48,203 nt of DNA, from the NCBI GenBank assembly GCA_040389365.1, contig JAZKAB010000007.1, positions 14,084 through 62,286 on the forward strand. The letters run 5' to 3'. The position numbers were made by a program, and so were the translations under genes. Source of the stretch: Patescibacteria group bacterium (GTDB lineage Bacteria; Patescibacteriota; Minisyncoccia; Phycocordibacterales; UBA9973). This document shows positions 36,356 to 44,534 of the stretch, one piece after another (the first letter of the stretch is position 1; each line of letters begins with the position of its first letter). The notes under the pieces are model-generated. The model did not search any database, was not told the DNA's origin, and was given only the letters and a program-made list of their open reading frames with translations.

Positions 36356-36796
36356 TTACCGTACCGCGCGAAGGCATTTTCTGCAAGTTCCCTTGAAGGA
36401 CATTTGATGGTCGTATATTTTCTTGAACTGGCGAGATACCTTGATAACCTGCTGCTCAATGCTCTTTATGCAAAAGGGAATCGATTCTACTGTATTGCAG
36501 GAATCGCAGACGATATGGTGCACATGCGTCTTGGAAACGCTGAGCTCATACAGTACCTTGGTCTTGTCGACAGTGAGAGCGGTGACAATGCCGGCTTCGA
36601 CAAAGGCATTGAGCGCTCTGTATATAGTCGCTGGATCGGCGCCAACCTTCTTCGTTTTGCGGGCAAGCTTTGCCACGGGAAGCGGCATTGTGGAGAGCGA
36701 CAATACTTCTAGGAGCATGATTCTGAGAGCTGTTTTCTTGAATCCATACTCTTCCAGCAACGCTTCTGCGTCAATTGGTTGCAATTGCTTCTTCAT
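36356..36796 (-). CDS. zur: Fur-family metalloregulator, probably Zur
   Basis: Winged-helix N-domain followed by HVHHIVCDSC...CRKC metal sites. Divergent from a ZIP transporter gene. The start was trimmed to MKKQLQ. Confidence 0.8.
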   Translation of the reverse strand: MKKQLQPIDAEALLEEYGFKKTALRIMLLEVLSLSTMPLPVAKLARKTKKVGADPATIYRALNAFVEAGIVTALTVDKTKVLYELSVSKTHVHHIVCDSCNTVESIPFCIKSIEQQVIKVSRQFKKIYDHQMSFKGTCRKCLRAVR

Positions 36797-36814
36797 AGTT
36801 GTAGTATATACAAA

Positions 36815-36829
36815 TGCAAATGATTTGCA
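36815..36829. promoter_or_regulatory. candidate Zur/Fur box, perfect 7-1-7 inverted repeat
   Basis: TGCAAATgATTTGCA lies in the zur/ZIP divergent intergenic region, just upstream of the zur -10 hexamer (TATACT, 36803-36808 on the minus strand). Confidence 0.6.
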
Positions 36830-36865
36830 ATAACGGCAAATCATACTGCCATAAATAAACACTAT

Positions 36866-37603
36866 ATGGTAATTATCATCAGCATCTTCGCATTTTTCGC
36901 AACGCTTCTGGGCGGGCTTTTTGCCATTCGCTTCAAAGACAAACTGCATCTCATTCTGGGCTTCAGTGCCGGAGCGGTATTGGGCGTTGCGTTCTTTGAC
37001 CTTATTCCTGAAGCGCTAGACCTGGGGCAGCAGTTCTATGGCCTTCGCAACATGATAGCCTTCGTTGCTCTAGGCTTTCTGTTTTTCATGCTGCTTGACC
37101 GCTTTATCATTCTTCATGCGCACTACACCATGCCTGGTCATGACAGCCATGACCATACTGTCGCGTCTCCACGAGGCAAGCTTGGCGCAGCAAGTCTCGC
37201 GCTGCACAGCTTCATTGACGGTGCCGCAATCGGGCTAGCATTTAAGGTGTCACTCGCTGTTGGGATTATTGTTACGACAGCGGTGCTTGTGCATGACTTC
37301 TCAGACGGTATCAATACCGTGAACGTTATTCTCAAGAATAAGGGCAGTAGAAAAGAAGCAATGAAATGGCTATTTGTTGATTCACTGGCGCCAGTGCTTG
37401 GTGCAGCATCTACTATTTTCTTTACTGTTCCTGAATCTGCGCTTAGCATTATCCTGGCAATCTTCTCGGGATTCTTTCTGTATATTGGTGCAAGCGACCT
37501 ATTGCCTGAAAGCTACCACAGCCACCCTACTCGATGGACAACCATTGCCACCATTATTGGGGCGGGGGTATTGTTTGCTGCCATTAGGCTAGCAGGCATC
37601 TAG
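36866..37603 (+). CDS. ZIP-family divalent metal transporter (ZupT-like)
   Basis: HSFIDGAAIG and HDFSDGINTV motifs, with 7-8 TM helices. Confidence 0.9.
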   Translation: MVIIISIFAFFATLLGGLFAIRFKDKLHLILGFSAGAVLGVAFFDLIPEALDLGQQFYGLRNMIAFVALGFLFFMLLDRFIILHAHYTMPGHDSHDHTVASPRGKLGAASLALHSFIDGAAIGLAFKVSLAVGIIVTTAVLVHDFSDGINTVNVILKNKGSRKEAMKWLFVDSLAPVLGAASTIFFTVPESALSIILAIFSGFFLYIGASDLLPESYHSHPTRWTTIATIIGAGVLFAAIRLAGI

Positions 37604-37670
37604 GTATTGACTTTTTGTGTAAAAGTGATATGGTGTAATAAACAAAAGTCATCACTTTAAACAATAGAAT

Positions 37671-38192
37671 ATGATAAGTAGGAATTGGTTTAGATTCAGA
37701 AGGTCATACGCTAAACCCTTAATAATCGTACTTCTTATAGTAGCCGGATGGATATTCGTGCACTTAGGAACTAAGGGTCAGTATTGGGGGCTTCGTGAAA
37801 AAGCTAAAAATCTTTTCAAGACAGAAAAGGTTAGCACAGCGATTAATAGCGTAACACCACCTTTTAAGAAGGTAGGCGATGCCGTACAGAAAAAAGCAAA
37901 AGCAGCGGTTGTCGATGCAAATTTTGCCCTGATCAAACAGCTGCAGAGAGAGAATGCTCAGCTGAGAGACGATACTGCAACCTTGCGCGCTCAATTGCGC
38001 GAAAAAAAGAATGAGGATGTTGCTGCCGTTGTTGTTGACACTGCAAGTATCTCCCCAATACTTAAGGAATACATTGGCAAGGAAATTGCGAAATCCCTCC
38101 CGGCTAAATCTGTAGCGGCAAAAAAGCGAGTACGTAAAAATTCTTGCAATTGCCCAGTAAGCTATTCAGGAAATAAACGAAGGGTGTATTAA
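37671..38192 (+). CDS. membrane-anchored coiled-coil protein (possibly FtsB/DivIC-like)
   Basis: One TM helix followed by the heptad-like LIKQLQRENAQLRDDTATLRAQLREK. The assignment is speculative. Confidence 0.45.
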   Translation: MISRNWFRFRRSYAKPLIIVLLIVAGWIFVHLGTKGQYWGLREKAKNLFKTEKVSTAINSVTPPFKKVGDAVQKKAKAAVVDANFALIKQLQRENAQLRDDTATLRAQLREKKNEDVAAVVVDTASISPILKEYIGKEIAKSLPAKSVAAKKRVRKNSCNCPVSYSGNKRRVY

Positions 38193-38197
38193 CCCAT

Positions 38198-38223
38198 AAA
38201 AGCTCAGTAGTGAGCTTTTTTTT
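38198..38223. terminator. bidirectional intrinsic terminator
   Basis: AAAAGCTCAgtagTGAGCTTTTTTTT between convergent genes. Confidence 0.7.
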
Positions 38224-38968
38224 ATTTAAATTTACAAACAAAAATTTTCGGATGAATGTACGCTCCTACAACCGTTGAGACCTTAAGATCAAGCGTTGTG
38301 ATAATTGAAAATTTTGACCCCTCAAGCATCGGCTGCAATAGTTTGTGCTCGGTAGTGTAGACAACCATTGTGCCATCTTGGTTTAAAAAATCCTCACAGT
38401 ATTCAACAAAGCACCGATAGAGCTTCCCCAAATCTTCGTCTTTTGAAACTTGCATGCCGAACGGCAAGTCAGAAGCAATAACATCAAATTTCCCCAAGTC
38501 GGGCTTATTAAAAATATCAGCTGTCTTAAGCTGTATAGCTTTTATCAATCCAGCCTTCTTGATATTCTTTACCGCCAACGCGCTGCTCTTTCCGTTGCTA
38601 TCAAAGCCAATGAGTCGTAGGTTTTTATTGGCCAGTCCTGCCTCGATAAGGAGCGTGGCGCTGCCAGAAAAAACGTTTAGGTATGATGTTGCGGAATCGA
38701 GATCGCAGAGACTGTTCATCGCATATGCGATGGTTGGGTTAAGGCCTCCTTTGATATTCTCAACTTTATAGTCGCGAAGCGTCAGCGGCCGCGAAGTCAG
38801 TCGAACGCCCGCTTCCCATATGCCGTCTGATTTGCCGATGAATAATTCCAGATCGGCTTCGTCTTTACTTGTTTCGTATAGTTGAAGATCAGGATAGTGT
38901 GATAGCTCATCCAACACCACCTCTTTCAGCCCAGGGATAAAGGTGAGCTTTAGCTGGAGTGTATTCAT
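38222..38968 (-). CDS. THUMP/UPF0020-type SAM-dependent RNA methyltransferase
   Basis: GLNPTIAYAM, VFSGSATLLIEA and VIASDLPFG (a (D/N)PPF-like motif). The start is at MNTLQL, with TGaTACAAT 7 nt upstream. Confidence 0.7.
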   Translation of the reverse strand: MNTLQLKLTFIPGLKEVVLDELSHYPDLQLYETSKDEADLELFIGKSDGIWEAGVRLTSRPLTLRDYKVENIKGGLNPTIAYAMNSLCDLDSATSYLNVFSGSATLLIEAGLANKNLRLIGFDSNGKSSALAVKNIKKAGLIKAIQLKTADIFNKPDLGKFDVIASDLPFGMQVSKDEDLGKLYRCFVEYCEDFLNQDGTMVVYTTEHKLLQPMLEGSKFSIITTLDLKVSTVVGAYIHPKIFVCKFK

Positions 38969-39024
38969 GATAATGATTGTATCATAGCGTGAAGTAGCAT
39001 CGCGGCTCATATTGCTGCTGTAAT

Positions 39025-39088
39025 TGGTTCACCCAGAAGGATTCGAATTCGCGATCTTTTCCTCAAAAGGAGATAGCTTATGGGTATA
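39025..39088 (-). pseudogene. degenerate tRNA-Lys-like fragment lacking the D-arm
   Basis: It aligns with the tRNA-Lys 150 nt away (cccagaRggattcgaaYYcgcga...aaaagg.ag...agctYatggg) but lacks about 17 nt of the D-arm. The T-stem and anticodon stem no longer pair. It ends in ACCA. Confidence 0.45.
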
Positions 39089-39239
39089 ATATAGGTATAC
39101 TTAAGGTTCAATTATACCTATATTTGACTTAATAACTATATAGGAACTTATTCGCTCAGAAAAGGTACGAAGAAATGTCTATTATTACGGCATAGCTAAG
39201 ATCAAAGAATTGTTTTAACACATTCAAGAAAAATTGTTG

Positions 39240-39312
39240 TGCGCCCAGAGGGATTCGAACCCGCGACCGTCTCCTTAAAAGGGAGCTGCTCTACCGACTG
39301 AGCTATGGGCGC
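39240..39312 (-). tRNA. tRNA-Lys (anticodon TTT)
   Basis: Manual cloverleaf: 7-bp acceptor GCGCCCA/TGGGCGC, D-arm GCTCAGTCGGTAGAGC, anticodon loop CTTTTAA, T-loop TTCGAAT. No encoded CCA. Confidence 0.85.
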
Positions 39313-39361
39313 ATATAGGTTTATTTGCAAATTGCGTCAAAAACTATACCATGCAGCATAC

Positions 39362-39847
39362 ATGAAATCAACGGCGTTTCCAAATACTATCCTTATACTG
39401 CCAGACATACGCAGCGCGCAGAATGTCGGCTCATTGTTCCGAACCGCAGACGCCTGCGGTATCGAAATGATCTATATTGTTGGCATAACCCCAGCGCCAA
39501 CTGATCAGTTTGGTCGGGCAAATAGCGCCATCGCAAAGACAGCGCTTGGTGCAGAGCAGACCATTCCATGGCAGAAATTCGGCACCCTTGCACCTGTACT
39601 CAATAAGCTTAAAAAAGCCGGCGTGCAAACTGTTGCCATCGAGCAATCTGAGGATGCCGTTGATTATAAAAAAATAAAAATACAGAAGCCGGTAGCGTTT
39701 ATTCTCGGCAACGAAGTTGATGGCTTGCCTAAAACCATTTTGAGGAAAATAGACACCATTGCAGAAATTCCGATGAAAGGGTCAAAGGAATCATTGAACG
39801 TCTCTGTTGCAGGAGGAATCGCGCTCTTTCGAATGCTTAATATCTAG
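39362..39847 (+). CDS. TrmH/SpoU-family RNA 2'-O-methyltransferase
   Basis: IRSAQNVGSLFRTADACG, ILGNEVDGLP and IPMKGSKESLNVSVAGGIALF motifs. The start was trimmed because the track ORF overlaps the tRNA. Confidence 0.85.
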   Translation: MKSTAFPNTILILPDIRSAQNVGSLFRTADACGIEMIYIVGITPAPTDQFGRANSAIAKTALGAEQTIPWQKFGTLAPVLNKLKKAGVQTVAIEQSEDAVDYKKIKIQKPVAFILGNEVDGLPKTILRKIDTIAEIPMKGSKESLNVSVAGGIALFRMLNI

Positions 39848-40761
39848 TGCTGGTGCACGGGGCAGAAGTGCGTGCCGCGGCCGCCAAAGGGAATGCGCTC
39901 AATAATTCCGGCACAGCCTTTTTTCTTGCAGGGCTTTCCTGTCATGCGATATGCGTTATGCGCTGCCTGGAACTTGCCCCGCTCGCCGTTAATGTCTCGA
40001 TAGTCTGACGTTGAATCGCCGCCAAAATCAATGCCTTTTTCCAATACTATTTTTATAGCATCAAAGAGTTTCTTGAACTCAGGCTTCGTTATAGTTTGCA
40101 CGTTGCGCAACGGGTGAATGCCCGCTAGCCACAATGCTTCGTCTGAATAAATGTTGCCGATGCCGGCAATAATCTTCTGATCCAGCAATACTTCTTTGAT
40201 GGCGCGAGTCGGGCGCTTGAGCAGCTGTTCAGTACACAATGCGAGAGTGAATTCTTCTGTTAATGGCTCCGGTCCGATATTCAGAGCATTATCAATACTC
40301 TCAGTTGGCAGTATGGTAACCTTGGCAAACTTGCGCACGTCAGACAATACCAGCTGCTTGCTGTTTGAAAGCGTAAATACCGTATGCAGGTATCGGTTAT
40401 ACGGATCGCGCAACGCATCGTTCTTTTCTTTTAACGATGGCACCCATTGCTGCATGTCCTTGTTAAATTCATAAAGTCCATACATCATATGGCCAGTCAT
40501 TTTCATATGAATCCAAATGCTCTGCTTGCTTGAAAGATGAATAAAAATATTCTTGGCACGTCGTTCGGCTGAAACAATCTTTGCTCCAATCACGAGCTTT
40601 TTAAATGACTTGAAAAAGGCGCTGCTCTTGGTGCTGGTATGGTGATGGGGAAGCGAAGGATTTTCAACGGCAATGTCAGTCCAGACATCAACAATAGTCT
40701 TTCCCTTCACTGTCGCATTCAGCCCGTTTACGGTTGTTTGTACTTCAGGAAGTTCCGGCAT
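39844..40761 (-). CDS. mutM: formamidopyrimidine-DNA glycosylase
   Basis: N-terminus MPELPEV and a C-terminal zinc finger (C..KGC...CPVHQ). Confidence 0.9.
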   Translation of the reverse strand: MPELPEVQTTVNGLNATVKGKTIVDVWTDIAVENPSLPHHHTSTKSSAFFKSFKKLVIGAKIVSAERRAKNIFIHLSSKQSIWIHMKMTGHMMYGLYEFNKDMQQWVPSLKEKNDALRDPYNRYLHTVFTLSNSKQLVLSDVRKFAKVTILPTESIDNALNIGPEPLTEEFTLALCTEQLLKRPTRAIKEVLLDQKIIAGIGNIYSDEALWLAGIHPLRNVQTITKPEFKKLFDAIKIVLEKGIDFGGDSTSDYRDINGERGKFQAAHNAYRMTGKPCKKKGCAGIIERIPFGGRGTHFCPVHQH

Positions 40762-40762
40762 G

Positions 40763-41311
40763 TTATTTTCCTAATAGCTGAAGGGCAATGGTGATCTGCT
40801 TTGGGAGAGGGAGCGCGTTGTCGATTGTCGTAACGACAACGCGAATTGCGTGCTCCTTGTACCCGAGCGATATAAGCGCTTCCAAGAGATCGCTTGATAC
40901 GCCATTCTCTGCTGCGGCAAAGCCGTCGAGCTTGTCTTTAAGGTCAATGACAACTTTCTCGGCAGTCTTCTTGCCAATGCCCGGCACAAGGCTGATAGCC
41001 TTGGCATCGCCGTCTTTGATAGATCGTACAAGCTCGGGAAGAGTGTATAGCGCCAGCATCTGCAGCGCGGTCTTGGGACCAACGCCAGAAACGCTGATCA
41101 GGATAGAGAAAAGCGCCTTTTCGGTTGCAGTACCGAAGCCGTAGAGCTCATGCGCATCGTCTTTGATAACCATATGGGTATGCAGGGTAACGGTTTCGCT
41201 GAGCTGTGCAGGAGGGAAGGGTGTAAAAACGAGGTATCCAATGCCGGCATTTTCAATGACGACTCCTTTATCTACGATATCTACAATAGTGCCTGTTATG
41301 CGTGCGATCAT
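40763..41311 (-). CDS. ruvA: Holliday junction DNA helicase subunit RuvA
   Basis: MIARITGTIVD... N-terminus and HhH motifs (VSGVGPKTAL, PGIGKKTAEK). Confidence 0.9.
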   Translation of the reverse strand: MIARITGTIVDIVDKGVVIENAGIGYLVFTPFPPAQLSETVTLHTHMVIKDDAHELYGFGTATEKALFSILISVSGVGPKTALQMLALYTLPELVRSIKDGDAKAISLVPGIGKKTAEKVVIDLKDKLDGFAAAENGVSSDLLEALISLGYKEHAIRVVVTTIDNALPLPKQITIALQLLGK

Positions 41312-41416
41312 GCTCGTATCATAACAAATTATAGAAGCGCCTTTCTATTGACATTATGTAAAAATAGTACATTATGCAAGCAAGTACGATGTTGTACGTT
41401 TATATATTTGTTAGTC

Positions 41417-42184
41417 ATGATAGACACAGCAAGCAAAACACCAGCGACGCCTGGGCAATTATTTGAAATCGGAAATGCCATTGGCGGCGCGGTAGGAAAG
41501 CTTCTTGCAGAAGAGGGCCTTTCATTCAGCCAGGCCAAGGAGCTTATCGAGATCGTAGGAAAGAAGGCGATTATGGAAACCGCAGGGGTAACTGTAGAGA
41601 ACTTGATCAGCCTTCTTTCATCAGATCCAATTATGCAGTACAAGAAAGACCTGCAAGAGTTCTTTTCAAAGATGTACGGCTTACAGCTTAATCTTTCGAA
41701 AGTGCCGTTTCCCAGCAGGGATGGCTTTAGCCATTACATGGTGTGTCCGCCAGGATTGAGCATTACTCACGTGTATACGCGGTTTCCCAAATTAGACAGC
41801 ATTACCCACAGAAGAAACCCTATTGCCGACTTAACCAAGCTCAGAGACTTCAGCAAACGCCCAGAAGATTTGTACGCCTTCAGTTATAGGCCTGGAATAC
41901 GGCCTGATACGGAACATGCAAACAAATGCCACAAGGTGTTTATGAAAGAGCCCCGTACGTATATGACCGCAGTGGAGTACGTATTGTGCTGGCAGTTTAT
42001 GTGGTGGAAACACAAGATTAAGCTTGATCGCGAAACGATGACGCTTACTACCACCATAAGCGCAGTTCATGAAGAAGGGTGTTGCGTAACCGGATTTATC
42101 AGAGGTGCCCACTTTAATCTCGGCAAGGCGCATTGCAGCAAGGCGGTAAGCAATGACGGCCCCCGCGAAATCTGTCTCGCCTAA
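41417..42184 (+). CDS. hypothetical protein
   Basis: 256-aa ORF after trimming the part that overlaps ruvA. No recognisable motif. A strong terminator follows. Confidence 0.55.
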   Translation: MIDTASKTPATPGQLFEIGNAIGGAVGKLLAEEGLSFSQAKELIEIVGKKAIMETAGVTVENLISLLSSDPIMQYKKDLQEFFSKMYGLQLNLSKVPFPSRDGFSHYMVCPPGLSITHVYTRFPKLDSITHRRNPIADLTKLRDFSKRPEDLYAFSYRPGIRPDTEHANKCHKVFMKEPRTYMTAVEYVLCWQFMWWKHKIKLDRETMTLTTTISAVHEEGCCVTGFIRGAHFNLGKAHCSKAVSNDGPREICLA

Positions 42185-42196
42185 CATCAGCACCAC

Positions 42197-42230
42197 AACC
42201 CCTTAATGCATAAGCATTAAGGGGTTTTTT
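42197..42230 (+). terminator. intrinsic terminator
   Basis: AACCCCTTAATGCataaGCATTAAGGGGTTTTTT, a 13-bp stem. Confidence 0.85.
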
Positions 42231-42269
42231 CTTGCTAAAATGGTACTCTTCTGCTATAGTTTTGCCGTT

Positions 42270-42530
42270 ATGCCAATCACCAAATCAGCAAAAAAGGCCC
42301 ACGCTGTCTCTCTTACAAAGAAAGCAGCAAACGACCGTACCAAGAAAACTCTTAAGGAGGGTGCAAAGTCGGTGCAGAAGCTTGTTGTAGCGAAGCAGTG
42401 GAAGGAAGCTAAGGCTTCACTGTCAGCCGCATACAGCGCAATCGACAAGGCAGCCAAGAAGGGAGTGATCAAGAAGAACACTGCCTCTCGCAAGAAAGCC
42501 CGTCTTTCTCGAATGGCCAAGGAGCAATAA
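42270..42530 (+). CDS. rpsT: 30S ribosomal protein S20
   Basis: MPITKSAKKAHAVSLTKKAANDRTKK...; a basic, helical protein of 86 aa. Confidence 0.9.
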   Translation: MPITKSAKKAHAVSLTKKAANDRTKKTLKEGAKSVQKLVVAKQWKEAKASLSAAYSAIDKAAKKGVIKKNTASRKKARLSRMAKEQ

Positions 42531-42537
42531 GCAAAAT

Positions 42538-42559
42538 ACCACCTTCGGGTGGTTTTTTT
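42538..42559 (+). terminator. intrinsic terminator
   Basis: ACCACCttcgGGTGGTTTTTTT. Confidence 0.8.
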
Positions 42560-42573
42560 GTTATACTCTACCC

Positions 42574-42837
42574 ATGTTATACGAATTCTATGGCCAAGAG
42601 TGCGAGCATTGCGCCCGCATGCGCCAGTTAACCGATAAGCTCATGCTTGAGCATCCTGAAGTGCGCATCGAGCGCAAGGAAGTCTGGCACAATGAAAGCA
42701 ATATGAAATTCATTGAAGAGCTTGATAAGGGCGATGCCTGCGGCGGCGTACCGTTCTATTTCAACGGCACGACGAAGAAGTGGCTGTGCGGGGAAGTGAC
42801 CTATGAAGAGCTGCTCGATTGGGCTGAGGTTAAATAA
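42574..42837 (+). CDS. small thioredoxin/glutaredoxin-like protein (CEHC)
   Basis: MLYEFYGQECEHCARM... has the CxxC near the N-terminus, and GGVPFYF follows. TGtTATACT lies 6 nt upstream of the ATG. Confidence 0.7.
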   Translation: MLYEFYGQECEHCARMRQLTDKLMLEHPEVRIERKEVWHNESNMKFIEELDKGDACGGVPFYFNGTTKKWLCGEVTYEELLDWAEVK

Positions 42838-42866
42838 AAGAAAACACCCTTCAAGGGTGTTTTCTT
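42838..42866 (+). terminator. intrinsic terminator
   Basis: AAAACACCCTtcaAGGGTGTTTTCTT. Confidence 0.8.
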
Positions 42867-42966
42867 ATTGGTGCTCGCGCAAGGTATTTTGCCAAACGAT
42901 ATTGATTGGCAAAAGTGTTCTTGGAAAGCCTTCGATGTTTTATGGCGATATAAGGGTTATTTGTTT

Positions 42967-43308
42967 CTATGTAGATATCGAGTATTTTGCCTTTAGAGCA
43001 TACAGTATTGTAGAATAATCAAGCTCAAGGGATTCTATCGCCCTACTTTTTAAGCGGTCACTGCTTAAATTATTTATTCGTTCAAGATCCTGTTTGTATT
43101 TTTCTAGAACACCTTTTGATTCTTCTTCTAATGAGGCGATATTTTTTGCCAATTCATCTGAAGAGACATTTTTCCTTTCACTTAGAACGGCTTTTTCTCT
43201 CGCAACCCACTGATCCAGTTCCTGTCGGCGCAATTCATACCCTTTCTCAGTTTCTGCATTAGTTCTGCTTGTCATATTATTAAATAAAGTGTCTTCCATT
43301 GATTCCAT
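42967..43308 (-). CDS. coiled-coil hypothetical protein
   Basis: 113-aa ORF, charged and helical, visibly AT-rich. TATAAT lies 7 nt upstream of the ATG. Confidence 0.5.
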   Translation of the reverse strand: MESMEDTLFNNMTSRTNAETEKGYELRRQELDQWVAREKAVLSERKNVSSDELAKNIASLEEESKGVLEKYKQDLERINNLSSDRLKSRAIESLELDYSTILYALKAKYSIST

Positions 43309-43411
43309 GTATACAATTATAGCTTAAATCAACAAAAACTCTACATATGAGTTAGGGTCATATAGGACTTATTAAAAAAGATTCATGAGGCATTTGTATG
43401 AGCCTAAGTTG

Positions 43412-43483
43412 TGCTCCCGGTAGGAATCGAACCTACATCATAACTTCCGCAAAGTTACGTCCTATCCATTGAACGACGGAAGC
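43412..43483 (-). tRNA. tRNA-Arg (anticodon GCG)
   Basis: Manual cloverleaf: acceptor GCTTCCG/CGGGAGC, anticodon stem TAACT/AGTTA with loop TTGCGGA, T-arm GTAGGTTCGATTCCTAC. Confidence 0.85.
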
Positions 43484-43492
43484 AATATTTCT

Positions 43493-43948
43493 TTAGAAGC
43501 CGAGACGGTCGAAGATCTTGATAGTGCGAGATTCATGCATCTCAACCTCTGGCGCCAAGGGCTTCATGGCAGCGCGTACGGCCTCTGCCGTAACGCCTTC
43601 CAAGGGCAAACTCATCAATGGCATAAAGGCTCCCTTGATGAGTAATAACAGCTTATCCTGTTTATCAGTTTCGTCAAGCCAGAACTGCGTAATAGATGCT
43701 GAGGGAATAAGCTCATCATTGACTACCACGCCTTCTGTGCGGATGTTGATAACAAGCTCTTTTGGGGGAAGAAGGGCGTAAATGATAACAGTAGCGCCTG
43801 CAACAATGGCAAAGATGCCAAAGAAGATGTTGCCATAGAAGAATGAGAGAATGGCAACGATGACCGCGATAAGGCCGGCATACCAGTTCCAGTCGCGATG
43901 CCGCTCGCGCGGTTCGAATTCAAGCGTAGTCCAAGTAAGGGGATCCAT
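43493..43948 (-). CDS. two-TM membrane protein, function unknown
   Basis: WYAGLIAVIVAILSFFYGNIFFGIFAIVAGATVIIYALL followed by a soluble domain. TACAAT lies 6 nt upstream of the ATG. Confidence 0.6.
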   Translation of the reverse strand: MDPLTWTTLEFEPRERHRDWNWYAGLIAVIVAILSFFYGNIFFGIFAIVAGATVIIYALLPPKELVINIRTEGVVVNDELIPSASITQFWLDETDKQDKLLLLIKGAFMPLMSLPLEGVTAEAVRAAMKPLAPEVEMHESRTIKIFDRLGF

Positions 43949-43962
43949 TCCCTAATTGTAGA

Positions 43963-44439
43963 CTACTCCCTCTTCTTATCCAAACGGTCCAGGCGCAATC
44001 CCTTGAAGATAAAGAAGATCACTGCGGCAATGATAATGAAATCAATGATAGAGGAAATGAATGCGCCGTACTTAACCGTTGAAGCGCCAACGATAATCAT
44101 CTTGTCGCTGAGGTTAACCTTGCCAAGGGCAAGGCCTATAAGGGGGTTGATAACATTGTTAACAAGAGAAGTAACCGTGCCAGACACTGCGCCGCTTAAT
44201 AGGAAGCCGATTGCCAGGCCAACAACCCCTTGCTCGCGAATGAAGTTGGTAAATGAGCGTACGCTCTTCTTTACGTTATCTCTGGTCTCTAACGCAATAT
44301 CTTTTACGTCTCCCGCAAGCTCAGTTCCTTTGCCGTCTCGAATGTCGCGGCCTAGCTCTTTGAAGCTTTGTCGTACGCTGCGATCTGACTTTTCCATAGG
44401 GGTCTCTTTTGGCTCTAGGGGTGGGGTGCTTTGATCCAT
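43963..44439 (-). CDS. mscL: large-conductance mechanosensitive channel MscL with an N-terminal extension of about 60 aa
   Basis: FIREQGVVGLAIGFLLSGAVSGTVTSLVNNVINPLIG...FIIIAAVIFFIFKG. TACAAT lies 6 nt upstream of ATG 44439. Confidence 0.85.
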   Translation of the reverse strand: MDQSTPPLEPKETPMEKSDRSVRQSFKELGRDIRDGKGTELAGDVKDIALETRDNVKKSVRSFTNFIREQGVVGLAIGFLLSGAVSGTVTSLVNNVINPLIGLALGKVNLSDKMIIVGASTVKYGAFISSIIDFIIIAAVIFFIFKGLRLDRLDKKRE

Positions 44440-44534
44440 ATATCAATTGTATAGCATCTAGGGAAAAGAGAAGTCAACGAATTGACTTTGATGGCCGCAG
44501 GCCGTATGGTGGGAAAAACGTAAAACATTGAGCT

